From a candidate division FCPU426 bacterium (GTDB lineage: Bacteria; Oederibacteriota; Muellerivitia; Muellerivitales; Muellerivitaceae): 64,000 bases of DNA. The notes under the pieces are model-generated. The model was not told the DNA's origin. It saw nothing but the letters and a program-made list of their open reading frames with translations, and did not search any database. Made by a program: the position numbers and the translations under genes. The stretch lies in contig CAVTWJ010000020.1 in NCBI GenBank assembly GCA_963738405.1, forward strand, positions 1-64,000, read 5' to 3'. Positions 30,020-38,617 of this stretch are shown here, in pieces (positions within the stretch are counted from its first letter, which is position 1; each line of letters opens with the position of its first letter).

Positions 30020-31114
30020 ATGGGTCCAACGGACGCAAATACCAAGCCACCCATCCGCGTTCTCGTGGTTGATGATTCTTTTTTCATGAGAAAAATGATC
30101 GCGGAGGCTCTCGACGCGCCCGGCACGGGAATGAGGGTAGTGGAAACGGCCTCCGACGGCCTGGAGGCGCTGGCGAAAGTTAAAACCATCAAGCCGGATG
30201 TTCTGACCCTCGATGTGGAAATGCCCAAGTTGGACGGGATTGCCACGCTGGAGCGGCTCATGGTCGAGTATCCCCTGCCGGTGGTGATGCTTTCCAGCCA
30301 TACGGGAAAGGGCACCGAGGCGACCCTCAAGGCCTTGGAACTGGGAGCGGTCGAATGCGTCTTGAAACCAGCCGGCGGCGTTCCCGGTTCTCTCAAGGGC
30401 ATCGAGCAAGAGCTGGTCGAAAAAATACGTTTGGCCTCCCAATGCACCCCCCGGCCCGGCCGGGTTTCCTTAGCGCGGGCGTTTGCCCCCAGCCACGCGT
30501 CTTCTCAACCGAGGGAAGGGCGCACGTCCAATTCAGCCCGATTTTTGGTCTGTGTGGCTTCCTCGACGGGCGGACCCAGGGCCTTAAATGAATTTTTCTC
30601 GGGATTGATTCCTCATCCCCTGGCCGCCCTTCTGGTGGTTCAGCATATCTCCGTGGGTTTTACCCAAGCCCTGGCCCGCCGCCTATCCGAAGCTGGTCCC
30701 ATGCTTGTCACCGAAGCCGTCAAGGGAGAAAGGGTTTTGGGAGGCAGGGGATATGTCGCCCCCGCCGGAAATCATTTGGTGGTGGAAGGGAAGGCCGGAG
30801 AATTTATTTTTCAATTCAGCGATTTGCCTCCGCGGTTAGGGGTCAAGCCCTCCGCTGATGTCCTGATGAGCTCGGCGGCCAAGGCGGCAGGCCCCAAATG
30901 CCTGGGAGTCGTCTTGACGGGCATGGGGAGAGATGGCACCCAGGGCCTCAAGGATATCCGTTCAGTGGGGGGGAAAACTTTCGCTCAGATCCCTGAATCC
31001 TGCGTGGTTTACGGCATGCCCAAATCGGCGGTGGAGGCGGGGGTTGTTTCCCGCCAATTGGACCTGCAGCCTATGGCCCTTGAAATCAACCATTTGTTAT
31101 CCAATGAGGCTTAG
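30020..31114 (+). CDS. cheB: Chemotaxis methylesterase with REC domain
   Basis: LDVEMP; catalytic SSTGGP, VQH and LTGMGRDG; CVVYGMP. Confidence 0.95.
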   Translation: MGPTDANTKPPIRVLVVDDSFFMRKMIAEALDAPGTGMRVVETASDGLEALAKVKTIKPDVLTLDVEMPKLDGIATLERLMVEYPLPVVMLSSHTGKGTEATLKALELGAVECVLKPAGGVPGSLKGIEQELVEKIRLASQCTPRPGRVSLARAFAPSHASSQPREGRTSNSARFLVCVASSTGGPRALNEFFSGLIPHPLAALLVVQHISVGFTQALARRLSEAGPMLVTEAVKGERVLGGRGYVAPAGNHLVVEGKAGEFIFQFSDLPPRLGVKPSADVLMSSAAKAAGPKCLGVVLTGMGRDGTQGLKDIRSVGGKTFAQIPESCVVYGMPKSAVEAGVVSRQLDLQPMALEINHLLSNEA

Positions 31115-31188
31115 CTTAATAACGAGTGAAATTTTAACTAAGCTAATATGACGGATAATCTGAAGATGCGAAGGGAATTGGGATCTAT

Positions 31189-33273
31189 ATGATGGAAAAA
31201 TCAGTTACCCGTTCATTTTTAATGCTTGTTTTGTTGACGATTCCTTCCTGTTGTTTGGCCTTTGGCCCTTTAATGCAATACAACGATCTGGTGGCGGGGG
31301 AGGGCGATCCCGGTTTTGAGGATGGAAACTTTTATTCAGCGCAGTTTAATCAACCAGAAGGTTTGGCTCTCAATGAGGATGGATCGATTCTCTATGTGGC
31401 CGATCGTGAAAACAACCGTGTCCGGGCAGTGGACCTCAACAACGAAAATGCAGTTCTAACGATTGCTGGAACTGGTAAAGCCGGTAATCTGAACGGTCCA
31501 ATTTCGACCGCCACACTCAACCACCCCAACTGTTTGGCGGTTTTGCCCGGTGGGCAGATTGCGGTCGGAGAGGAGGCTGGAACCAAGGAATCGTTGATTC
31601 GTTTGATTGATCTGAAAACTAAAACAGTTACGACTTTGGCTGGCGGCGGAGGTTCTAAAGCCGATGGCCCCGCCTTAGAAGTGCGATTGAGTGGTCTTTG
31701 GAATATGGCTTACCGTCCTTCGGATCAAGGCCTTTATTTTACGGAGCCGGGGGAGGGCGCCCTCCGAAGGCTGAACCTCAAGACGGGATGGGTTGAAACC
31801 GTCCTTCAAAACAATGGGTTGATCCCCAATCCGATGGCGCTTTGTGTGAGCGGCGATAAACTTTACGTGGCCGATGAAGATTTGGGCCTGCTCCATGGCC
31901 AGGTTTTTCGCCTGGAAGGGCTTGAAAACATAACTGAACACTCGGTCGATTTGAATTCAAATGCCCCGGTTACACCCACCCCGGGCACGCCCAATTTTAG
32001 GGTAGGGCTTCAACCGGTGGGCAATGCCCGTGGGGCTGTCGCTTTGACGGGAACCCCCAGCGATCTTTACGCGTACGAAGGCCTACCCGATCCGAACTCG
32101 CCCTCCCCTATCCTGTGTTTAACCGCCCCTTCCCGCTCAGTGACTTTCGTTTCGGTTTGGGGCGAACCTATCGCGAACGCCACAAGCGTAATGCCTTATT
32201 TTAAGAGAATGGATGCTTTTCGTTCGGTTGGGTTTATTGCCGATCCCCGATCGGAGGGCCGATTTTATGTCACGAATCCTCCTAATCACCTCATAGCGGC
32301 TTTCCGTGACCTTGAATTTGCCAGTCACTTAAGTGATTGCCAGAATTTCAATTATCCCCAAAAGAAACCCTTTCGAACCTTCAGGATATTTATTGTCGGA
32401 AGGTCTTATCCCTGCATTCAAGCCGATTGCAACTACGATGGGAAAGGGACACCCACCACCTCATACAACACGATGACGACATTCCCCGCAAAACTCGAAT
32501 TGGAACTAAATACCCAGGCCGCCTTGGATGACGTCCCCGTTCATTTTGAAGTTATGAACGCCCATGTGGTTACGAGTGTGCCCATCTGGACTTGGCCTTA
32601 TACCGTCGTGCCCCCGTTCGTCAAGTCGAGAAACATTGATTTGGTCCTTATCACGGTCGATCCGTCCCAGTCCGATCTCGAGGATTTTTATTTAGGGCCT
32701 TTCACCCCGGATGGTCGGCCACCTGAAGAGGCGGACCCGGAATTTGTGTTAAAACCGGATTCGGAGAAGTTCGCGAAAGAACCGCTGCATTCATTTTTTG
32801 AACTTTGCCGTAATAAGAAACTCCTCACGGTGGCGGAGGATAAAAAATGGACACTGGCGCCGTTTTCACAGTTGATCTCGGATGCTGAAGTTGAAATTAA
32901 ATTGATTAGCCTGGTTGGGGCCTCCTTGGGAGGCCTGAAAAAAGAGTTGGATTCAATTTTGACCAGCGCGGGCGTTCCCTGCCGGTTGGGCATCTGCTAT
33001 TTTTTTACACCGGAGATGACTTATTTTCCCACGAAAATCGATAGGCGGTTTTGGCGGGACCTGTGCGCAACTACCGGAATGTCGTTCCTGGATATGACGG
33101 ATATACAGTTAGTAACCCGATTGACTTATTCCCCCTATTCGGACGTTTTTTCAAAAGGGGGGCATTTTAGTACGGATGGCCATGCTTTTTTTGGGCGTTT
33201 GCTGGCTCATGAGTTGATCAGGCAAAATTTGATTCCCTTTAAGAAAAAAGACCAAGATCTACTTCCTAAATGA
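31189..33273 (+). CDS. Secreted NHL-repeat protein with an SGNH-hydrolase-like C-terminal domain
   Basis: Signal peptide; FNQPEGLAL..LYVADRENNRVR NHL repeats; IFIVGRSY and GGHFSTDGH resemble SGNH blocks I and V. Confidence 0.6.
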   Translation: MMEKSVTRSFLMLVLLTIPSCCLAFGPLMQYNDLVAGEGDPGFEDGNFYSAQFNQPEGLALNEDGSILYVADRENNRVRAVDLNNENAVLTIAGTGKAGNLNGPISTATLNHPNCLAVLPGGQIAVGEEAGTKESLIRLIDLKTKTVTTLAGGGGSKADGPALEVRLSGLWNMAYRPSDQGLYFTEPGEGALRRLNLKTGWVETVLQNNGLIPNPMALCVSGDKLYVADEDLGLLHGQVFRLEGLENITEHSVDLNSNAPVTPTPGTPNFRVGLQPVGNARGAVALTGTPSDLYAYEGLPDPNSPSPILCLTAPSRSVTFVSVWGEPIANATSVMPYFKRMDAFRSVGFIADPRSEGRFYVTNPPNHLIAAFRDLEFASHLSDCQNFNYPQKKPFRTFRIFIVGRSYPCIQADCNYDGKGTPTTSYNTMTTFPAKLELELNTQAALDDVPVHFEVMNAHVVTSVPIWTWPYTVVPPFVKSRNIDLVLITVDPSQSDLEDFYLGPFTPDGRPPEEADPEFVLKPDSEKFAKEPLHSFFELCRNKKLLTVAEDKKWTLAPFSQLISDAEVEIKLISLVGASLGGLKKELDSILTSAGVPCRLGICYFFTPEMTYFPTKIDRRFWRDLCATTGMSFLDMTDIQLVTRLTYSPYSDVFSKGGHFSTDGHAFFGRLLAHELIRQNLIPFKKKDQDLLPK

Positions 33274-33484
33274 ACAACCTCGGTTGGGTCTTGGGCCTCT
33301 CCAAGTGGCGCCATGGCTCATGGGAAAAACCTGTTAATAACCGATCAAGTTTAACCGCCGATTTCCCGGCTTTTCCCCTAAAATAAAGCGAAACCGGACT
33401 TTTCTTTTTGGGCCCTTCGTCTTGCCCGAAGCATGATTCCTTAACGGGTCAAAGTCCCGCGTTTCAAACGGGGGAAGCGGAAAA

Positions 33485-35545
33485 TTGAACACTCAGGACT
33501 ATAAAGATTTATTTCTCACCGAAGCCCGCGATTACCTCTCTACCTTGAACAACGCCTTGGTAGCCCTTGAAAAAGATCCTGCCCATTCGGAGGCGGTGAA
33601 GGAAATTTTCCGCGCCGCCCACACCCTTAAGGGCATGTCCGCCACCATGGGGTATACCCCCCTGACGACCCTGACCCATCAGATGGAAAGCGCCATGGAA
33701 CCCGTTCGATCCGGTTTAACCCCCCTTTCCCCCGATTTGGTGGACACCCTTTTTGCCTGTTTGGACCGGCTGGAATCCTGGGTAAAGACCCTCGAGTCGG
33801 GCGAGGAAATAAACGAAGAGTCCATTGGAAATCTAGTGGAGAGGCTTTCTTCCTCGTTGGGGGTTCCGGTTGCCCCCGGGTCGGGCTCGGCACCATCGGT
33901 AACCCTTCCTACCCCCTCTTTTGTTTTTGACGAAAATGAAAAGAGCATCCTGGCCCAGGCTAGGGTCAACGGTTTTTCGATCTTTCGAATCCTTGTCCGA
34001 GTTGAGCCGGGTTGTGTTTTCAAGGAAGTGCGGGCCTTCATGGTTTTGAAAAATCTTAATGACTTGGGGGAGGTGGTCAAGTCTAATCCCCCGGGGACGG
34101 TGGTGGAAAAGGGGGAGTTTGACCGGTCTTTTGAGTTGATCCTGGTCACGGAAAATTCCGCACAAAAGATTCAAGCGGCGGTTCTTTCGGTGGTTGAGGT
34201 GGAGGCCGCGGTGGTAACGCCCTTTGACCCTTCTGCACCCGAAACAGGGGCATCCGTCCTGGCCGCCGAGGCGCAGACACCGAAACCTTCCGAGTTCGGC
34301 GCCCCGGGGGAGGATAAAAACATCGCCTTCCCTACGATTCGTGTCCACACCAGCAAACTGGATAAGCTCATGACCCTGGTGCAGGAGCTGGTGATTTCCA
34401 AGATACGCTTTGAGATGGTGGCCGCCAACGGCGAGGTCAAGGAACTGCGGGAACCTTTAAATCAGCTGCACCATATCACCGACGAGCTTCAAGATGAAAT
34501 TATGAAAGTGCGCCTCATCCCCGTCAAACAGGTCTTTGACCGGTTTCCCCGCATGGTCCGGGATCTGGCGAAGAAACTTGGGAAACAAGTCAATCTTGAG
34601 ATGGACGGCGCGGAGGTTGAGCTGGATCGCACCGTGATTGATGAGATCGGGGAGCCCCTGGTCCATCTCTTGCGAAACGCCGTTGATCACGGCGTCGAGG
34701 ACCCGGAAGAGAGGGCCCGGGACGGTAAAGACCCCTTCGGCACCATACGGCTTCAGGCCAAGAGGGAAAGATCCTCGGTGGTTTTATCTGTCATTGACGA
34801 CGGAAAGGGAATCGACCCCGAAAAGGTGCGCCAGCGGTCGGTGAGCAAGGGGCTCATGACGGCGGAAGAGGCGGGGAAACTTTCCGATGAGGAGGCGGTC
34901 CGGCTCATCAGCCTTCCTGGATTTTCCCTCGCGGAAAGGGCCACCGAGGTTTCAGGGCGCGGGGTGGGCGTGGACGCGGCCAAGGCGAAGGTCGAATCGA
35001 TGGGTGGCAGTTTCCGAATCCAGAGCCGAAAGGGAGTGGGCACCACCTTCTTCCTGCGTTTTCCCCTGACCCTGGCTATCATCAAGGCTCTGCTTATCAA
35101 GGCCGGGGGCGAGACCTTTGCCCTTCCCGTGACGGGAGTTCTGGAGACCTTGGAGATCAACCCTTCCGAAAAACGCAGGCTCCAGTTGCAGGATACCCTA
35201 TTGCTGCGCGATGAGGTGCTGCCCCTCTATCACTTGGCGGAACTGCTCGAGTTAAAAAACTCGCCGCCCCCCCAGGATTTGGAATCGGTGGTAGTTGTTG
35301 AGGTGGGAGAGTCGAAGGTGGGTCTTCTGGTGGACGCCATTGTGAGCCAGAACGAGATCGCCATTAAGCCCCTGGACCGCTTTTTGAAAAAAATCCGGGG
35401 GTTTGCCGGAGCCACGGTTTTAGGGGACGGCCATATCGCCCTCGTGCTGGATGTGAACAGCCTCATTGAGGATTTACGTGAACGCCGTCATCGAGCCGAT
35501 TATTCTCTTCCAGGTAAGGAAAACGCCCATGCTCTTGAATCTTGA
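33485..35545 (+). CDS. cheA: Chemotaxis histidine kinase
   Basis: IFRAAHTLKG (Hpt), a P2 domain, HLLRNAVDHG, DDGKGID, GRGVGVD, PLTLAII and a C-terminal CheW domain. Confidence 0.97.
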   Translation: MNTQDYKDLFLTEARDYLSTLNNALVALEKDPAHSEAVKEIFRAAHTLKGMSATMGYTPLTTLTHQMESAMEPVRSGLTPLSPDLVDTLFACLDRLESWVKTLESGEEINEESIGNLVERLSSSLGVPVAPGSGSAPSVTLPTPSFVFDENEKSILAQARVNGFSIFRILVRVEPGCVFKEVRAFMVLKNLNDLGEVVKSNPPGTVVEKGEFDRSFELILVTENSAQKIQAAVLSVVEVEAAVVTPFDPSAPETGASVLAAEAQTPKPSEFGAPGEDKNIAFPTIRVHTSKLDKLMTLVQELVISKIRFEMVAANGEVKELREPLNQLHHITDELQDEIMKVRLIPVKQVFDRFPRMVRDLAKKLGKQVNLEMDGAEVELDRTVIDEIGEPLVHLLRNAVDHGVEDPEERARDGKDPFGTIRLQAKRERSSVVLSVIDDGKGIDPEKVRQRSVSKGLMTAEEAGKLSDEEAVRLISLPGFSLAERATEVSGRGVGVDAAKAKVESMGGSFRIQSRKGVGTTFFLRFPLTLAIIKALLIKAGGETFALPVTGVLETLEINPSEKRRLQLQDTLLLRDEVLPLYHLAELLELKNSPPPQDLESVVVVEVGESKVGLLVDAIVSQNEIAIKPLDRFLKKIRGFAGATVLGDGHIALVLDVNSLIEDLRERRHRADYSLPGKENAHALES

Positions 35546-36146
35546 TGATTTGACCCCATCCCAGGTGGATGCCCTAAAGGAGGTCGGCAATATCGGGGCG
35601 GGCCACGGCGCCACGGCCCTTTCCCAAATGCTGGGGAAAAAGATCAAAATTACCGTTCCCCGGGCGACCGTCCTTCCCTTAAGCGAAGTGCCGAATCTAG
35701 TGGGGGACCCCCAAACCCTGGTGGCGGGCCTTTGCCTCGCCATCCTGGGGGACGCGACGGGCAAGATATTCTTGCTCTTTCCCCGCACCTCGGCCCTCCA
35801 CCTGGCCGATTTGCTTTTGAAGCAGGAAGTGGGTACCAGCCAGATCCTTAACGAATTGGGGCATTCCGCCATTAAGGAGGCGGGCAACATCCTCGCGGGG
35901 GCTTACCTGAGCGCCTTGAATGAGTTTTTGGGGATGCTTCTTTTGATGTCCGTTCCCACGCTGGTTTTTGACATGGCCGGGGCGCTCTTGACCACTTTGG
36001 CCCAGGGGATGGAAAAAACCTCCAAAGTCATCGTGATTGAAACCCAATTTTTGGATGATAACGAGGTGGTGGGAGGCTATTTCATCCTTGCGCCCGATCC
36101 CGTTTCACTCCAGGCGATTTTCCAGGCTATCCGGGTCACTAAATAG
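35529..36146 (+). CDS. cheC: Second CheC phosphatase
   Basis: DALKEVGNIG and SAIKEAGNIL, both E-x-x-N sites intact. Confidence 0.92.
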   Translation: MLLNLDDLTPSQVDALKEVGNIGAGHGATALSQMLGKKIKITVPRATVLPLSEVPNLVGDPQTLVAGLCLAILGDATGKIFLLFPRTSALHLADLLLKQEVGTSQILNELGHSAIKEAGNILAGAYLSALNEFLGMLLLMSVPTLVFDMAGALLTTLAQGMEKTSKVIVIETQFLDDNEVVGGYFILAPDPVSLQAIFQAIRVTK

Positions 36147-36225
36147 GCTGTTGCCCATGTTAAGATAGTTTTGTTTTTTGGCACCCTTATCTAAATGAAT
36201 TCAAATCCCTGAAAGGATTTGTAGG

Positions 36226-37434
36226 ATGAATGAAAACCTTATTTTATTAACCCAAATCAACGAACTTTGTCTTTCTCCCCATCCCACCCCGGCCCATATC
36301 GCCTATGCCTGTTTGAAATGGCGTGAAAAGTACGACTTTGACACGGTATTCATGGCGGTTTCCGGCGCGCCAGAGGAACCTATTACCGCCTTAGCCTTCG
36401 ACGGCAAGGATGAACTGATGGATACGGGACTTTACCGTCTTGGTGTTGAGGAGCGTCTCGCCCTCAGCCGGGGCTCTTACTCTTATAAAACCTATTCGGA
36501 CATTACGGGCAAACCCGTTTTCAACAAATACGGGTCCCTCCGCATGCAAAAACCCAACGGCGGAACTTTTATCGCTGCCTTCCAGCCCCAGGTCCGCTTC
36601 ATCCTCTTTGGCTTGATGCACGAGGTGCCTAAACCCTACCCGGATGATCTGCTCAAGGAAATGGCGGCCCTTTGGAAGGATTGGCAGGAACCCCTCAATA
36701 AATCTTTGGACAAGATATTAGCCTCCGGGTATCCCTCGAGCGCGGTCAAGGCCGAATCGACGCCGCCGTCGAATGAACCGCCCGCCCCCATTCCCGCCGC
36801 GAAGCCCGATGATAAAAAGGCGGAGCATCCAACCGCCCAAATCCATGCCGCGGTTTCGCCTGTTCATCCGGAAACCAGAATCGTCGATCAACCTCTGCCA
36901 GTGAGCGTCCCTTCCGCGGAGGGGCCAATCCCTTCCGTTGAAAATAACGGCAAGCACCGCAGGCCCGTGATGCTGGTCGATGAGGTCACGAGGCTTTTTA
37001 ATAAGAGCTATTTTGAGGAAAGCCTTCTCATTGAGGTGGAGAGGGCTAAAAGATATGGTCGAAGCGTCAGCCTGATGTTCCTTGAGGTCACCCCCTTGGC
37101 GCCTCTGGGCCCTAAGGAAAACGAAGTCGCGACCCAAGTAGCCGAGATATTATCCAACAGCCTCCGCCGGGTGGATGTCATCTGCCGGCTGAGCGCCAAC
37201 CGCTACGGAATCGTCCTGCCCGACACCGCCAACCACACCTACGGCATCATCGGAAAAAGGATTTTTAAGTATTACAAACAACTGATGGGGGACCAGCCGC
37301 CGGTGTTTATCAATTTAAGCGCCTCTACCTATCCCGAGCACGTGGGGAACCACCTGGAATTATATGAGAATGCCGATAAACTTTTAGCGCAGGCCAAGGC
37401 CGCCGGCCCCAACAAAGCCGTTTTGCCGGAATAA
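36226..37434 (+). CDS. Degenerate GGDEF-domain protein with an unrecognised N-terminal domain and a Pro-rich linker
   Basis: DEVTRLFN..EVERAKRY; RRVD (RxxD I-site) followed by RLSANRY in place of RYGGDEF. Confidence 0.8.
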   Translation: MNENLILLTQINELCLSPHPTPAHIAYACLKWREKYDFDTVFMAVSGAPEEPITALAFDGKDELMDTGLYRLGVEERLALSRGSYSYKTYSDITGKPVFNKYGSLRMQKPNGGTFIAAFQPQVRFILFGLMHEVPKPYPDDLLKEMAALWKDWQEPLNKSLDKILASGYPSSAVKAESTPPSNEPPAPIPAAKPDDKKAEHPTAQIHAAVSPVHPETRIVDQPLPVSVPSAEGPIPSVENNGKHRRPVMLVDEVTRLFNKSYFEESLLIEVERAKRYGRSVSLMFLEVTPLAPLGPKENEVATQVAEILSNSLRRVDVICRLSANRYGIVLPDTANHTYGIIGKRIFKYYKQLMGDQPPVFINLSASTYPEHVGNHLELYENADKLLAQAKAAGPNKAVLPE

Positions 37435-37436
37435 TC

Positions 37437-38549
37437 ATGGATGACCGCTCCGCCCTCCTTGCCCTCCATTTGACCGGTGTCATTGGACCCCGCCGCCTGA
37501 AATCCGCAAAGGAAGCCTTTCCCCAACTGGAAGATGTTTTTGGGGCGAAAGAAGAACGTCTTTACGAACTTCCCGATTGGACTTTAACCTGCGCGAAAAA
37601 AGTCCTAAGCCTTGAAAATCCCGCCCGGAGGGTTGAACAGGAGATGGAGGAGGCGGACCGGTTTGGCATCCGGGTTTTTGTGGAGGGAGATTCTGATTTT
37701 CCCTCCGTCTTTCAAAACCTCTACGACCCTCCATTTGTTTTGTGGGCCAAAGGCGAACTGTTTAAAGAAGATGAAAATGCCATCGCCATCATCGGCTGCC
37801 GCCGTCCCACCCCCTACGGAAAGCACGCGGCCTTGCATTTGGCGGAAGGCGTGGCAAGGGCGGGCTACCGGGTCGTCTCGGGGCTAGCCCGGGGTATTGA
37901 TTCTCTGGCCCATCGGGGAGCGCTTAAATTTCCCCAGGGAAGAACCTTGGCTTTTTTAGGAAGCGGACTTTTGAATATGTACCCGCCTGAAAACCGGGAA
38001 CTGGCCGAGGAAATCACCCAACGGGGCGCGGTTTTAAGCGAATATCCCCTCCACGCCAAGCCCCTGGCCCTTCACTTTCCCCAGCGAAACCGCCTCATTA
38101 GCGGGGCGTCCCGGGGAGTATTGGTGGTGGAGGCCAATAAGGACAGCGGGTCTTTTATTACCGTGGATCACGCCCTGGAACAGGGCAGGCCCGTATTCGC
38201 GGTGCCGGGTCCCATCGACCATCCCCAATCGGAAGGCACCCATGCCTTGATTCAGCAGGGAGCCCGGCTGGTCACGGGGGTGGAGGATATCTTTCACGAA
38301 CTGGGAGATTTAAGGGCGGAAACCCTTTTTAAATCGGGAGGCGGAAAGGGAAGGGTCCCGCCGAACCGGGAATTGCTTTCAGCGGAGGAACAACTTCTTC
38401 TCGAAAAAATGTCCCACGAGCCTCTGCATGTGGACCAACTGGCCCGTGAAACCCAGTCGGACCTGCGTAAACTCAACGAGCTTTTGCTTTTTTTGGAAAT
38501 GAAGGGCTTTGTCCAGCAGACCCCCGGGCATTGTTATTTCAAGTTATAG
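37437..38549 (+). CDS. dprA: DNA processing protein DprA
   Basis: DPPFVL, IAIIGCR, VSGLARGID, FPQRNRLISG, VVEA..SGS.IT and FAVPG motifs; winged-helix C-terminus. Confidence 0.96.
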   Translation: MDDRSALLALHLTGVIGPRRLKSAKEAFPQLEDVFGAKEERLYELPDWTLTCAKKVLSLENPARRVEQEMEEADRFGIRVFVEGDSDFPSVFQNLYDPPFVLWAKGELFKEDENAIAIIGCRRPTPYGKHAALHLAEGVARAGYRVVSGLARGIDSLAHRGALKFPQGRTLAFLGSGLLNMYPPENRELAEEITQRGAVLSEYPLHAKPLALHFPQRNRLISGASRGVLVVEANKDSGSFITVDHALEQGRPVFAVPGPIDHPQSEGTHALIQQGARLVTGVEDIFHELGDLRAETLFKSGGGKGRVPPNRELLSAEEQLLLEKMSHEPLHVDQLARETQSDLRKLNELLLFLEMKGFVQQTPGHCYFKL

Positions 38550-38617
38550 TCGAAGATCCCGACTTAAGTGTGTTGATGCCAGAGGGTAAATCCATAAAAA
38601 CAACCTAATGAAAATGC

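Noticed and set aside
36226..37434. Active diguanylate cyclase
   Set aside because: The GG(D/E)EF motif is replaced by SANRY
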